64,000 nt of DNA from Acidimicrobiaceae bacterium (GCA_041166745.1 JBEEGH010000006.1:34033-98032), one strand, 5' to 3'; positions 18,361-29,046 are shown, numbered from the stretch's first letter. Translations and numbers: made by a program. The notes: generated by a model from the letters alone, not told the origin.

Positions 18361-18798
18361 ATGGGCGACCACATCGAGCTCGAAGTTCCTGCCCGCCCGG
18401 AGTTCTTGGCGATGGTCCGCGCCATCGTCACCCTGATCGCCGAGACCGGCTCCAAGCTCCCGAGCCCTCGCATCGACGATCTGCGGCTCGCAGTCACGGA
18501 AGCGTTTGCGAATGCCATCGATGCCGAACGCCGAAAGCCCGACGGCGATCGCCACTCGGTCGTCGTGCGGTGCGATCTCGAGGCGGACTTCGTCGCCGTC
18601 GAGGTGCACGACGAAGGCGGCGGGTTCGATCCTGCGGAGCTGACGCCTCACCCCGATGTCACCAAGCCGGCGCGCCTGCAGTTCGAGCGCGGGCTCGGCA
18701 TCCCGCTGATGCGCGAGCTCACCGATCAGCTCGAGTTCCGGCACGAAGGCGGTGGCACCACCGTGAGGCTGGTGCTGAAAGCCCATCTGCGGGGCTAG
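18361..18798 (+). CDS. Anti-sigma regulatory factor, Ser/Thr kinase (RsbW/SpoIIAB-like HATPase_c)
   Basis: LAVTEAFANAI (N box), VHDEGGGFD (G1) and GLGIPLM (G2). Immediately downstream of the STAS gene. Confidence 0.8.
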   Translation: MGDHIELEVPARPEFLAMVRAIVTLIAETGSKLPSPRIDDLRLAVTEAFANAIDAERRKPDGDRHSVVVRCDLEADFVAVEVHDEGGGFDPAELTPHPDVTKPARLQFERGLGIPLMRELTDQLEFRHEGGGTTVRLVLKAHLRG

Positions 18799-19247
18799 TT
18801 GATCGAATCCGCCACCGAGCTGAACGTCGAGGCCGAATTGCCGCCCAGGTCGAGGTGGCACTTCTCGGTGGCAAACGTGGTGACCTTCTGCGACGCCGCG
18901 TTGAGCGAGTCGCTCTGCGACGAGACCTCCGCCGCGCGCGACGACGACCGGCTCGCGCTCGGATCCTTCGAGAGGTTCGACGCCGCGGCGATCGACCCTT
19001 TCAGGAATTGGAGGAGCGTGTTCATCTCGGCCTTGATCTCGCTCGGCGCCTTCTTGACGAGATCGTCGAAGAGCTGCACCGCCTGATCGCTGTCGCTCGC
19101 GGTGTTGCCGAGCGTCTTGAAGATGTCGTTGTCGGCCGTGAGTTGCGCACAGAACCCTTCGACGGTGCCGCCACCTCCGCCGCCACCGCACGCGGCGGTC
19201 ACCGCGATCAGCATCGCCATCGTCGTCGCAACCAGGAGTTTCTTCAC
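18795..19247 (-). CDS. Lipoprotein of unknown function
   Basis: [23 protein letters not shown] is a signal peptide with a lipobox. GTG 19247 overlaps the upstream stop (GTGA). Confidence 0.6.
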   Translation of the reverse strand: MKKLLVATTMAMLIAVTAACGGGGGGGTVEGFCAQLTADNDIFKTLGNTASDSDQAVQLFDDLVKKAPSEIKAEMNTLLQFLKGSIAAASNLSKDPSASRSSSRAAEVSSQSDSLNAASQKVTTFATEKCHLDLGGNSASTFSSVADSIN

Positions 19248-20461
19248 ACCTTCGCCTCGTGCTTGCGCAGTTCGCGACGGGCCACGGTGAGGCGGTGGAC
19301 CTCGTCCGGCCCATCGGCCAAGCGCAGCGTGCGGATGTGGGCGTACATCGACGAGAGCGCGAAGTCGTCGCCGATGCCGGCGGCACCATGGGCCTGGATG
19401 GCGTGGTCGATGATGTCGAGCGCCATCTGAGGGACCGCGACCTTGATGCCGGAGATCTCGGTGCGAGCGGCCTTGTTGCCTTCGTTGTCCATCAGCCACG
19501 CCGTGTAGAGCGTGTAAAGGCGGGACTGGTCGATGTTGATCCGCGCGTCGGCGATCCACGTTTGGATCACGCCTTGCTCGGCCAACGACTTGCCGAATGC
19601 AGTGCGCTTCGTGACGCGTTCGCACAGCATGTCGAGCGCACGTTCCGCGGCGCCGACCGTACGCATGCAGTGGTGAATGCGGCCCGGGCCGAGACGTGCT
19701 TGCGCGATCGCAAACCCGCCGCCTTCCTCGCCGAGCAGGTTCGTCTTGGGAACGCGCACGTTCTCGAAGACCAACTCGCAGTGGCCTTCGACGTCTTGGT
19801 AACCGAAGACCGGTAGCGACCGGACGTTGGTGACCCCGGGCGTGTCCATCGGCACGAGCACCATCGACTGCTGCAGATGGCGCGCCGCGTTCGGATCGGT
19901 CTTGCCCATGACGATGAGGATCTTGCAGCGAGAGCTCGCCGCACCCGAGATCCACCACTTGCGGCCGTTGATGACGTAGTCGTCACCGTCGGATTCGATG
20001 CGGCATTCGATGTTGGTCGCGTCGGACGAGGCCACCGCGGGCTCGGTCATCGCGAACGCCGAGCGGATCTCGCCCTCGAGCAGCGGATGCAGCCACTGTT
20101 CCTGCTGTTCGGGGGTGCCGAACATCGTGAGGATCTCCATGTTCCCGGTGTCGGGGGCGGCGCAGTTCGTGGCCTCGGAAGCGAGCGCCGACCGCCCCAT
20201 CACCTCGCACAGCGGGGAGTAGTCGAGGTTCGAGAGTCCCTCGGTCCACTGCGTCTTGTGCGGGAGGAACAGGTTCCACAGGCCCCGCTTCTTGGCGTCG
20301 GCCTTGAGGTCTTCCATCACCGGCGGGTGGAAATGCGGGTCGCCCGACTCGTGTAGCTGCTGGCGATACACCGGCTCGGCTGGCAGCACCTTCTCGTCCA
20401 TGAAGGCCAACAGTTCGCCTCGCAGGCGCGAGGCAGTTTCCGACAACGCGAAGTCCATCAC
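19244..20461 (-). CDS. Acyl-CoA dehydrogenase (FadE-type)
   Basis: 405-aa ACAD pattern: [48 protein letters not shown] and [16 protein letters not shown]. Confidence 0.9.
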   Translation of the reverse strand: MMDFALSETASRLRGELLAFMDEKVLPAEPVYRQQLHESGDPHFHPPVMEDLKADAKKRGLWNLFLPHKTQWTEGLSNLDYSPLCEVMGRSALASEATNCAAPDTGNMEILTMFGTPEQQEQWLHPLLEGEIRSAFAMTEPAVASSDATNIECRIESDGDDYVINGRKWWISGAASSRCKILIVMGKTDPNAARHLQQSMVLVPMDTPGVTNVRSLPVFGYQDVEGHCELVFENVRVPKTNLLGEEGGGFAIAQARLGPGRIHHCMRTVGAAERALDMLCERVTKRTAFGKSLAEQGVIQTWIADARINIDQSRLYTLYTAWLMDNEGNKAARTEISGIKVAVPQMALDIIDHAIQAHGAAGIGDDFALSSMYAHIRTLRLADGPDEVHRLTVARRELRKHEAKV

Positions 20462-20484
20462 CGGGACACTACGTTGCGTCTTCT

Positions 20485-21177
20485 ATGTCGGTCTCATTCG
20501 AACGTGACGGTGCCGTTGCAGTCATCTCGATCGACGACGGGAAGGCGAACGCCTTGTCGCCCGACGTCTTGAGCGCGATCGCCGAAGCGCTCGACAAGGC
20601 GGAAGCGGACGGCGCCGCCGCCGTGCTTCTCGAAGGTCGGCCGGGCCGGTTCTCGGCCGGATTCGATCTGTCGATCATGACGTCGGGTGCCGAGCCGATG
20701 CGCGCGCTGGTCACGCAGGGTGCTGAGCTGCTGCTGCGCATCTTCACCTATCCCGCGCCGGTGATCGCGGCCTGCACCGGGCACGCGCTCGCCGCGGGAG
20801 CGCTCGTGTTGCTCGTGAGCGATGTGCGCGTCGGGGCCGAGGGCGAGTTCAAGATCGGGCTCAACGAAGTGGCGATCGGCATGGGTCTGCCGATCTTCGG
20901 GGTCGAGTTCGCCCGCTACCGGATGCCCCCGTCCGCGTTCGACAGCGCGTTGTTGGGGGAGGTGTTCGACCCGCGAGCCGCGGTGAGTGCCGGCTACCTC
21001 GATCGCACGTCCGACAATGTGATCGACGATGCACGCGCGACCGCGCAACGGCTGTCCGCCCTGCGCACCGGCGCCGTCAGTCACACGAAGCACCTCGCGC
21101 GAGCTGCCCTCGCCGCCGAGATCAAGGCGTCCCTGCAAGCCGACATGGCGTCGCTCTCCGGCCCCGCCCTCTCCTGA
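20485..21177 (+). CDS. Enoyl-CoA hydratase/isomerase (crotonase) family protein
   Basis: GKANALS...GRPGRFSAGFDL...PVIAACTGHALAAGALVLL crotonase-fold motifs. Confidence 0.85.
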   Translation: MSVSFERDGAVAVISIDDGKANALSPDVLSAIAEALDKAEADGAAAVLLEGRPGRFSAGFDLSIMTSGAEPMRALVTQGAELLLRIFTYPAPVIAACTGHALAAGALVLLVSDVRVGAEGEFKIGLNEVAIGMGLPIFGVEFARYRMPPSAFDSALLGEVFDPRAAVSAGYLDRTSDNVIDDARATAQRLSALRTGAVSHTKHLARAALAAEIKASLQADMASLSGPALS

Positions 21178-21185
21178 TTTGGGAA

Positions 21186-22664
21186 TCAGGAGACGTCGAC
21201 GAGCATGCCCTCGCAGGTGCGGATGAGGACTCGGGAGGCGTCGGCGACGTCGCGACTCGAGAGCGGGTTCTCGGCTCGTCGTTGCCAGCGGCCGATGGCG
21301 TTCTGCAACGCCGTGCGGATCTCGCTTTCGCCCGAACCGCCCTCGAGCCCGAGCCGGGTCGACGGGGTCGGGCCTTCGGCGCCGAGCAACCGTTCCATCT
21401 CCTCGCTCTCGGCGGCCTTCACGCCCTTCACGGCGCCGGCCCGCAGCGCGTTGAGCAGACGCACCTCGGCGAACTCGTGCGCTCCCGCCGTCACCCGCTC
21501 GAGTTCCGACGCGATCTGATCCGAGCCCGGGACGGTGGACTCCCGCACGATCGCCTCCAGCGCGAGCAGCGCGGAGCGCGATTTCAACACGTCGCGCCGC
21601 GCCGCGAACTGCGACAACAGCACCTGCTTCAACTCGACCAACCCGCTGCGCAACACGAGCTCGTTCGCGAGCTGACTCGACGTCGTCACCGCTCCCTGAC
21701 GCACGAGCGCGGCGCCCAACCGCACACCGAAGAGCCCGAAGCGGTCGAGCAGGTGCTCGCGTTCCATCGACGTGAGCGGGATCTGGGTCGGAGCCTGCAC
21801 GAACCGATCGGCCGACAAGAACAGCCGCTCGGCCTCCTCCGCGGGTGCGGTGCCGATGAGGTGCAGCGCCTTGTACTCCGCCTCGCGTAGCGTCGAACCC
21901 GACTGCGCGAGCAAGCCCGCGACCGGCACCACGGTCTGGCACAACCGGCGCACCTTCGGGTCGTGCTTGTAGCGGTTGGCGATGCGCGACGCCGATGACA
22001 TCGAGTCGAGCCGCCCGACGCCCACCTCATCGGCCCGCGACAGCACCGCGATCGCATTCACGGGCGTAGCTTGCGCGAACTCCTGGTCGTGGAACGCTTC
22101 GAGGAACCCGATGTCGGTCGTGTGCAGATGGCGCATCAAGTACAGGACGGCATCGGCCGGCGTCACTTGGTCCTCGCCGGGCGCCAAGAACGCTTGCGCG
22201 CGTGCCGACACGTCGATCGACAATGACGCGATCCCGGGCGTGTCGATGAGCGTGATCGACCGCAACGACGAGGAGGGCCACTCCACCTCCAGCCGCTCGA
22301 CGCTGTCGGCGGGAATGCCTTGGAGATCGACGTCGATCGCGCCGGCGTCACGCGAGAACGGCACCTGCCGCGGCTCACCCTGGTGCGGGTGCATCATCAC
22401 GCGATACGTGATGCCGTCGCGGTACCAGGTGACGATCTTCGTGCACTCTCCCGCGTCGGTCGGGGCCAGCTCCTCGCCCACGAGCGCGTTGAGCAACGTG
22501 GATTTGCCTGCCTTCACCTTGCCGGCGATCGCCACTCGCAAGGGCTCATCGAGCCGCGCCCGCTCAGCCGCCAACACGGGGCCGTGCGGCGTGTCGCGAT
22601 ACACATCGCCGGCGCGCGTGAGCAGGCCGCGTACTTCGTCCAACAGCGATGCTCGTCGGACCAT
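21186..22664 (-). CDS. Dynamin-like GTPase (IniC-like)
   Basis: G1 GKVKAGKSTLLNAL, G3 LIDTPGIAS and LSRADE. Its ATG overlaps the upstream stop (ATGA 22661-22664). The 1036-aa track ORF is an over-extension into another frame of the upstream gene. Confidence 0.8.
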   Translation of the reverse strand: MVRRASLLDEVRGLLTRAGDVYRDTPHGPVLAAERARLDEPLRVAIAGKVKAGKSTLLNALVGEELAPTDAGECTKIVTWYRDGITYRVMMHPHQGEPRQVPFSRDAGAIDVDLQGIPADSVERLEVEWPSSSLRSITLIDTPGIASLSIDVSARAQAFLAPGEDQVTPADAVLYLMRHLHTTDIGFLEAFHDQEFAQATPVNAIAVLSRADEVGVGRLDSMSSASRIANRYKHDPKVRRLCQTVVPVAGLLAQSGSTLREAEYKALHLIGTAPAEEAERLFLSADRFVQAPTQIPLTSMEREHLLDRFGLFGVRLGAALVRQGAVTTSSQLANELVLRSGLVELKQVLLSQFAARRDVLKSRSALLALEAIVRESTVPGSDQIASELERVTAGAHEFAEVRLLNALRAGAVKGVKAAESEEMERLLGAEGPTPSTRLGLEGGSGESEIRTALQNAIGRWQRRAENPLSSRDVADASRVLIRTCEGMLVDVS

Positions 22665-24514
22665 CAGCTGGTGCCCGCCAGATCGGGCGCGATGGCGGCG
22701 ACTTCCGTCCGCAACGCGCGGATCCGCGTCAGCTCGGCCTCGACGTCGGGAAGCCGCTTCGTGCGGGTCTTGGCATCGATCTCGATGGCTTGCTGCGCCT
22801 TGTGCAGCGCTTCGGTCGTCGAGCGATACAGCTCCTCGGCCCGCGCCGTGAACTGATCGCGTAGCTGACGCTGGATGCGACGCACGGTGTCGCGCGCATC
22901 CTTGCCGACCTCGAAGGCGAGCTCGTCGGTGTACTTCCGATGAGCGTTCTTCGCCTGTGACCGCCGTTGTGCGAGCGCACGGTTCTTCTCGTCGCGATAC
23001 GCCTTGCCGCCGAAGATGATGCCGGCGACCACGCCGACGGGGTTGATGAGCGCCAGCCCCACCATCTGGCCGAACATGCCGAACATGAGGGCGCCGCCGT
23101 ATGACGAGCGCAAGGTGCTCATGCCAGTACTCAAGCCGTCGCCCTCTTGCAGCTCGACATCCGCCGACGCCTCCACTGCCTTCAGGAGCTCCGCTGGATT
23201 GAGCACGTCGAGCTGCACGGCGATGTCGTGGCCGTCCGCCGAGAACAGCTCTGCCACCCGCGCCGCGATCTCCCCGGCTCGTCGTTGCAGCATCGTGTAG
23301 TTGGCGACGACGTGGTCGGAGGCCTGGCGGTAGAGCCACGGCTCGAACTCCTCCCACGACTCTGCCGGGTCGCTCTGGTCGATCGCGTTGTCGGCGTCTT
23401 TCGTGAGCTGGCGCAGCCGTGCCCGCAGATCGTGATCCACATCGGTCAGCAGGTCGGTGAACCCGTCGTTGAGCGTGAGCTGCCACCGAGACGCCGTCGA
23501 ACGCAGCCGATCGCTCTGCTCGGTCGCGATCTGAAGCTGATGGACGAGGTTGCCAGCGCGCTCGGGATCGGCGAGGGCGGTGCGCTCGGACGAGAACTGG
23601 CTCTCGAGCTGAGCGATGGCCGACAACATCTCGGCGGCGGCGGTGCGCACGACGAGCAGCTCCCGCTGCCCGACGATCTCCGTCGAGAGATACGACTCGA
23701 GTTGCGCGAAGCCTGACTCCTCTTCGACCGACGCGTCGCCTGTCTCCGCCGCGACGCGTCGCAAGGTCGACGAGATCGGGAGTATCGGCGCGGTGAGCCC
23801 GGCATCGGCCAGGTGACCCAAGTCGAGATCGAGGATCTTGCGCCACGCTGGGTAGAAGTCGATCTTGGTCATCACGCAGCCGACGTTCGGGCAGAGCGAG
23901 CGAGCCGTGCGCATGAACTCGAGCTCGGGCCCCGAGTACTCCTGCGACGCGTCGCTCACGAACAACACGGCATCGGCCATGGGCAGGGCCCCGATGGTGA
24001 TCGTCGAGTGCGTCGATCCCAGCCCGCCCACGCCCGGAGTGTCGACGAGCACGAGCCCGCCTTGCAGCAACGCCGCGGGCACGCCGACATCGACCGACTC
24101 GATGTGGCGCACGTTCTCGGGATTGGCCGCCTCGGTCACGTATTGGCTCACCTGGTCGAACGGCACCGGTTCGGTCGTCGAGGCGGTGCCTTCCGGAGCG
24201 TCGGACGCGGGACTGACCGACGCCGACGCTTCCGGCTTCGGCGCGTAGTGCAACTTCGTGGGCACCGCGGTGGCGATGTCGTCGTCCACCGGGCATACGT
24301 CGACCCCGAGCAGCGCGTTGATGAGCGAGCTCTTGCCCTGCTTGAATTCACCCACCACGAGCACGTGGAACAGCGGGTCGACGAGTCGCTCGCGGGCCCG
24401 CGCCAGGCGCTCGCCCAGGTCGTCGCGGTGGTACGCGTTGGCCGCCCGGATGCACAGGTCGAGCGCTGCGGTGGCGGTTTCTCGCTCTGTCGGAGGGGTC
24501 TTCGCCTTGGCCAT
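22664..24514 (-). CDS. Dynamin-like GTPase with membrane paddle (IniA-like)
   Basis: G1 GEFKQGKSSLINAL, G3 LVDTPGVGG and G4 TKIDF. Long helical stalk. Hydrophobic Gly-rich paddle GGALMFGMFGQMVGLALINPVGVVAGIIFGG. Confidence 0.85.
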   Translation of the reverse strand: MAKAKTPPTERETATAALDLCIRAANAYHRDDLGERLARARERLVDPLFHVLVVGEFKQGKSSLINALLGVDVCPVDDDIATAVPTKLHYAPKPEASASVSPASDAPEGTASTTEPVPFDQVSQYVTEAANPENVRHIESVDVGVPAALLQGGLVLVDTPGVGGLGSTHSTITIGALPMADAVLFVSDASQEYSGPELEFMRTARSLCPNVGCVMTKIDFYPAWRKILDLDLGHLADAGLTAPILPISSTLRRVAAETGDASVEEESGFAQLESYLSTEIVGQRELLVVRTAAAEMLSAIAQLESQFSSERTALADPERAGNLVHQLQIATEQSDRLRSTASRWQLTLNDGFTDLLTDVDHDLRARLRQLTKDADNAIDQSDPAESWEEFEPWLYRQASDHVVANYTMLQRRAGEIAARVAELFSADGHDIAVQLDVLNPAELLKAVEASADVELQEGDGLSTGMSTLRSSYGGALMFGMFGQMVGLALINPVGVVAGIIFGGKAYRDEKNRALAQRRSQAKNAHRKYTDELAFEVGKDARDTVRRIQRQLRDQFTARAEELYRSTTEALHKAQQAIEIDAKTRTKRLPDVEAELTRIRALRTEVAAIAPDLAGTS

Positions 24515-24553
24515 CGAAGGCGCAGAGTAGTGAAGGTATCTAGGGTTGCGTCC

Positions 24554-26350
24554 GTGGGGTGGGTGTTAGGCGTCGATCTTGGGACGACATTCACTGCCGC
24601 GGCGGCGTGGAGAGATGGACGGGCGGAGATCATTTCGCTCGGCACGCACACTGCGGCGGTGCCGTCTGTCGTGCTCTTCCGCGAGGACGGCTCGACGATG
24701 TTCGGCGACGCCGCCGAGCTCCGGTCGGTCACCGAGCCCGAACGAGTGGCCCGTGAATTCAAGCGGCGGGTGGGTGACAGCACGCCGCTGATGATCGGCG
24801 GCTCGCCCCGGTCGCCCGAGTCGGTGATGGCCGTGCTGCTGCGAGCCGTCGTCGACGCCTCGATCCAACTCGAGGGCTCGAGGCCCGACCGCATCGCCGT
24901 GACGCACCCCGCCAGCTGGGGCGAGTACAAGCTCGACGTGCTGCGCCAGGCGATTCATCTCGCCGACCTGGGAGTCGAGACCGAGCTGGTGCCCGAGCCG
25001 GTGGCCGCCGCGGTGCACTACGCCATGCTGCAGCGGGTCGAGCTCCACGACTTCGTCGCCGTGTACGACCTCGGCGGCGGCACGTTCGACGCCGCCGTCG
25101 TGCGCCGGACGGCCGATGGCTTCGATCTCTACGGCAAGCCGGAGGGCATCGAACGCCTCGGCGGGATCGATGTCGACGCCGCAGTGTTCAGCCACGTGCA
25201 GTCGTCGCTGGGCTTGCAGCTCGACACCCTCGACCGAGACGACCCGGCCGTGATGTCGGCGTTCGCCCGGTTGCGATCTGATTGTGTCGCGGCCAAGGAA
25301 GCGCTGTCGTCCGACACCGACGCGGTGATCCCGGTGATGCTGCCCGGGCTGGCCACCGAGGTGCGCATCACCCGAAGCGAGCTCGAGACAATGATCCGGC
25401 CGGCGATTCGCGACACCATTGTCGCGCTCCGCAGGGCGATCACTTCCGGCGGGCTCGTGCCGGAGCACCTGGCGCGCGTCCTGCTCGTCGGTGGTTCGTC
25501 GCGCATCCCGCTCGTCGGCGAGATGGTGAACGCCGACCTCGCCCGTCCGATCGCGCTCGACACGCACCCCAAACACGCGGTCGCTCTCGGCGCCGCGCTC
25601 ACTGCCGCGCCCGAACCCGTACCGGTGACGGCCGCGCCCGCGTTCGCGCCGCCGCTCCAACCGCCTACGCCACTACCCCCACCGCTGCTCTCGACCCAAC
25701 CGTTCCCGTACACCCCATCGCCGTCTCCGCCCTCGACGGCGAGAGGGGTCTCGCCCGCGCTCATCGCCGCGCTCGCGGCGCTGGTCCTCGCCCTCGGCGG
25801 AGTCGGTTACGCGGTCACGCAGTCCGGTGGCAGTTCTCGCGCGACCACCACGACGACCGACAGCTCGCCGGAGGACACGACCACGACGACCGACAGTTTC
25901 TCGGATCTGACCGCACTCGAGGACAGCGACGCCCAATTCGCGGCCGAGCACCTCATGTCCACGCTCCTCACGTTCGGACCGGACGACGTCGAAAGCGTGC
26001 AGAGCTCCATGCTCGAGCTCACGACCGGGAACTTCAGCGATCAGATCAGTTCGGACAACACCAGCTTCGTGCAGTCGGTGCAGGACAACCAGACCTTCTC
26101 GATCCCGACGGTGGGGGATTCCACCGTGCGCAGCAACGATGGCTTCACCGCGGTGGTGGAGGTTCCCGTCCAGATCGATCTCGAGGATCTCGAGGGCAAC
26201 AGCAGCAGCGAGCTCCGCGACGCGACCTTTCTCGTCATCCTCGTGAACGTCGACGATCAGTTCTTGGCGGCAGAAATCGTCGACTGCACCGATGGCAGCT
26301 CGTCGTCGGCCACGGACTTCCCGGATCTCGGGTCGGACGCCTCTTGTTGA
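24554..26350 (+). CDS. Hsp70-family ATPase fused to Pro-rich linker, TM helix and extracytoplasmic domain
   Basis: GVDLGTTFT, VYDLGGGTFDAAVV and LLVGGSSRIPLV actin/Hsp70 motifs. No canonical substrate-binding domain. TM ALIAALAALVLALGGVGYAV. C-terminal domain resembles Mce-associated membrane protein ectodomains. Start is GTG 24554 or 24563. Confidence 0.8.
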   Translation: MGWVLGVDLGTTFTAAAAWRDGRAEIISLGTHTAAVPSVVLFREDGSTMFGDAAELRSVTEPERVAREFKRRVGDSTPLMIGGSPRSPESVMAVLLRAVVDASIQLEGSRPDRIAVTHPASWGEYKLDVLRQAIHLADLGVETELVPEPVAAAVHYAMLQRVELHDFVAVYDLGGGTFDAAVVRRTADGFDLYGKPEGIERLGGIDVDAAVFSHVQSSLGLQLDTLDRDDPAVMSAFARLRSDCVAAKEALSSDTDAVIPVMLPGLATEVRITRSELETMIRPAIRDTIVALRRAITSGGLVPEHLARVLLVGGSSRIPLVGEMVNADLARPIALDTHPKHAVALGAALTAAPEPVPVTAAPAFAPPLQPPTPLPPPLLSTQPFPYTPSPSPPSTARGVSPALIAALAALVLALGGVGYAVTQSGGSSRATTTTTDSSPEDTTTTTDSFSDLTALEDSDAQFAAEHLMSTLLTFGPDDVESVQSSMLELTTGNFSDQISSDNTSFVQSVQDNQTFSIPTVGDSTVRSNDGFTAVVEVPVQIDLEDLEGNSSSELRDATFLVILVNVDDQFLAAEIVDCTDGSSSSATDFPDLGSDASC

Positions 26351-26385
26351 CAGGGGGCCCTCCCGCCCCGTAGGTGTGGAGCTTC

Positions 26386-28998
26386 GTGGCCAAACCCCTC
26401 GTCATCGTCGAATCGCCCGCCAAGGCCCGCACCATCGCGGGCTTTCTCGGCCGCGATTTCACGGTGCTGGCCTCGATGGGCCACGTCCGTGACCTGCCCA
26501 GCAAGGGTTTGAGCGTCGATACCGAAAATGGGTTCAAGGTCGACTACGAGGTCCACGCCAGCAAGAAGAACGTCATCAAAGAGCTCCGAGATGCGCTGAA
26601 GGATGCCGACGAGCTGTATCTCGCGACCGACGAGGACCGTGAGGGTGAGGCCATCTCGTGGCACCTGCTCGAGGTCCTCAAGCCCAAGGTGCCGGTGAAG
26701 CGGATGGTCTTCCACGAGATCACCCAGGGCGCGATCGACGATGCCATCGCCAACTGGCGTGAGGTCGACTACGGCCTCGTCGACGCCCAGGAGAGTCGCC
26801 GCATCGTCGACCGCCTCTTCGGCTACCCGGTGTCGGAGGTGTGCTGGCGCAAGATTCGAACGGGCCTGTCCGCGGGCCGTGTGCAGTCGCCCGCCGTCCG
26901 TCTCGTCGTCGAGCGCGAGCGAGAGCGCATGGCGTTCGTCGCCGCCGCGTACTGGGACTTGGAAGCCGCCTTCCCGACGGAACCGCAGTTCACCGCTGGA
27001 CTGGTTGCGGTCGGCGAGCAGAAGGTCGCGGAAGGCAAGGACTTCGACTCGTTCGGCCAGCTCAAGCGGGCCGACGACGTCGTCGTCCTCGATGAGGCCG
27101 CCGCTCGCGGGCTGGCCGAACGCCTCGACGGCGCGGACTTCAGCGTTCGCAGCGTCGACACGAAGCCGTACACATCGAGACCGAAGCCGCCGTTCATCAC
27201 GTCGACGTTGCAGCAGGTCGGTGGCAGCCGACTGCGCATGAGCGCGCAACAGGTGATGCGGGTCGCGCAGGGACTGTATGAGCGGGGCTACATCACGTAC
27301 ATGCGAACCGACTCGACGACGCTCTCGGCTACCGCGCTCTCCGCTGCTCGTCAGCAGATCGAGCAGCTGTTCGGGCGCGACTACGTCCCCGATGCGCCGC
27401 GCACGTACGCCAGCAAGTCGAAGAACGCGCAGGAGGCCCACGAGGCGATCCGGCCGGCGGGCGAGACCTTCCGCACGCCCGATCAGCTGCGCAGCGAGTT
27501 GAGCGGCGACGATCTTCGGCTCTACGAGCTCATCTGGCAGCGGACGATGGCGTCGCAGATGCCCGATGCCCGCGGCTCGACGGTCACGGCGCGCATCGTG
27601 GCGAGGACGAACGCCGACGAGCTCACCGAATGGACGGCATCGGGCCGCACGATCACGTTCCCCGGTTATCTCGCGGTCTACGGCTTCGGGGGCGACGACG
27701 CCGAAGCCGACGGCGACACGTCGGCGAAGCTTCCCGATCTCACCGAAGGCCTGACGCTCCCTGGTCCGGCGATCGAGGCGCAAGGCCACAGCACGCAGCC
27801 ACCGCCGCGTTACACGGAGGCCACGCTCGTGCGTGCGCTCGAGGAGAAGGGCATCGGCCGGCCGTCGACGTACGCGTCGATCATGACCACGATCCAAGAT
27901 CGCGGTTACGTGTGGAAGCGCGGCCAGGCGCTCGTGCCGACGACCGACGCGTTCGCCGTCGTGAACTTGCTCGAGCAGCACTTCACCGACCTCGTGAACT
28001 ACGACTTCACCGCCCACATGGAAGACGATCTCGACGAGATCGCCGGCGGCCGTGAGCAACGCGAGCCGTGGCTGGGCAAGTTCTGGTTCGGCAACGGCAC
28101 GCCGGGCGTCAAGACGCTGTGCGCGCAGGCACTCGAGCAAGCCGACCCCGCGGCGATCAACGCCATCCCCATCGGGGTCGACGAGAACGGCGAGCTCATC
28201 GTCGTGCGCAACGGCAAGTACGGCCCGTACGTGAAGCGCGGCGACGACACCGCGTCGCTCCCCGACGACATCGCCCTCGACGAGCTCACGATCGATCGGG
28301 CGGTCGAGCTGCTCAATGCGCCGAAGGGCGACGAGCCGATCGGCACCGACCCGGCCTCCGGTCTGCCGGTCTACGCGAAGAACGGCCGCTTCGGCCCGTA
28401 CGTGCAGCTCGGCGACGCCGACACGCTGCCCGAGAAGCAGAAGCCGAAGATGGAGTCGCTGCTCGCCAGCATGTCGCTCACCGAGATCACCCTCGACGAC
28501 GCTCTCAAGCTGCTGTCGCTGCCGCGCGTCGTCGGAGCTGACGACGACGGCATCGAGGTCACCGCGTTGAACGGGCGATACGGGCCGTACATCAAGAAGG
28601 GCGACGAGACCCGCAGCCTCGAGTCAGAGGAGCAGATCTTCACGGTCACGCTGGAAGCGGCCCGCGCACTGCTGGCCCAACCCAAGCAGTACGGCCGCCG
28701 CAACGCGAAGCCGGCGGCGCCGTTGCGCGAGCTCGGCAACGACCCCGTATCCGGGCAGCCCGTCGTCGTCAAAGACGGTCGCTTCGGTCCGTACGTCACC
28801 GACGGTGAGGTGAACGCGTCGCTGCGCAAGGGCGACGTCGTCGAAGGCATCACGATCGAGCGAGCCGCGGAGCTGCTCCAGATCCGACGCGAGACCGCGC
28901 CCAAGAAACCCAAGCGCGCCGCCGCCAAGAAGAAGGCCCCAGCGAAGAAGAAGGCCCCGGCAAAGAAGAAGGCGGCCGCCAAGAAGAAGGCCGATTGA
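26386..28998 (+). CDS. topA: DNA topoisomerase I
   Basis: LVIVESPAKA Toprim start, LATDEDREGEAISWH, active-site region GYITYMRTDS, and a Lys-rich C-terminal tail (KKKAPAKKKAPAKKKAAAKKKAD). Confidence 0.95.
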   Translation: MAKPLVIVESPAKARTIAGFLGRDFTVLASMGHVRDLPSKGLSVDTENGFKVDYEVHASKKNVIKELRDALKDADELYLATDEDREGEAISWHLLEVLKPKVPVKRMVFHEITQGAIDDAIANWREVDYGLVDAQESRRIVDRLFGYPVSEVCWRKIRTGLSAGRVQSPAVRLVVERERERMAFVAAAYWDLEAAFPTEPQFTAGLVAVGEQKVAEGKDFDSFGQLKRADDVVVLDEAAARGLAERLDGADFSVRSVDTKPYTSRPKPPFITSTLQQVGGSRLRMSAQQVMRVAQGLYERGYITYMRTDSTTLSATALSAARQQIEQLFGRDYVPDAPRTYASKSKNAQEAHEAIRPAGETFRTPDQLRSELSGDDLRLYELIWQRTMASQMPDARGSTVTARIVARTNADELTEWTASGRTITFPGYLAVYGFGGDDAEADGDTSAKLPDLTEGLTLPGPAIEAQGHSTQPPPRYTEATLVRALEEKGIGRPSTYASIMTTIQDRGYVWKRGQALVPTTDAFAVVNLLEQHFTDLVNYDFTAHMEDDLDEIAGGREQREPWLGKFWFGNGTPGVKTLCAQALEQADPAAINAIPIGVDENGELIVVRNGKYGPYVKRGDDTASLPDDIALDELTIDRAVELLNAPKGDEPIGTDPASGLPVYAKNGRFGPYVQLGDADTLPEKQKPKMESLLASMSLTEITLDDALKLLSLPRVVGADDDGIEVTALNGRYGPYIKKGDETRSLESEEQIFTVTLEAARALLAQPKQYGRRNAKPAAPLRELGNDPVSGQPVVVKDGRFGPYVTDGEVNASLRKGDVVEGITIERAAELLQIRRETAPKKPKRAAAKKKAPAKKKAPAKKKAAAKKKAD

Positions 28999-29046
28999 CG
29001 GAACGGTCATCTGGGGGCACTCCGGTCGATCACTAATCTGAATTTC

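Noticed and set aside
22665-24296. N-terminal ~540 aa of the 1036-aa track ORF (21186-24296) read as one giant gene
   Set aside because: That part is an Arg-rich alternative frame of the IniA-like gene. The real IniC-like protein starts at MVRRASLL (22664), with its ATG overlapping the upstream stop.
23813-24553. 247-aa N-terminal extension of the Hsp70-like ORF
   Set aside because: It runs antisense through the IniA-like gene with shadow-type composition. The canonical Hsp70 start (VLGVDLGTT) follows GTG 24554/24563.
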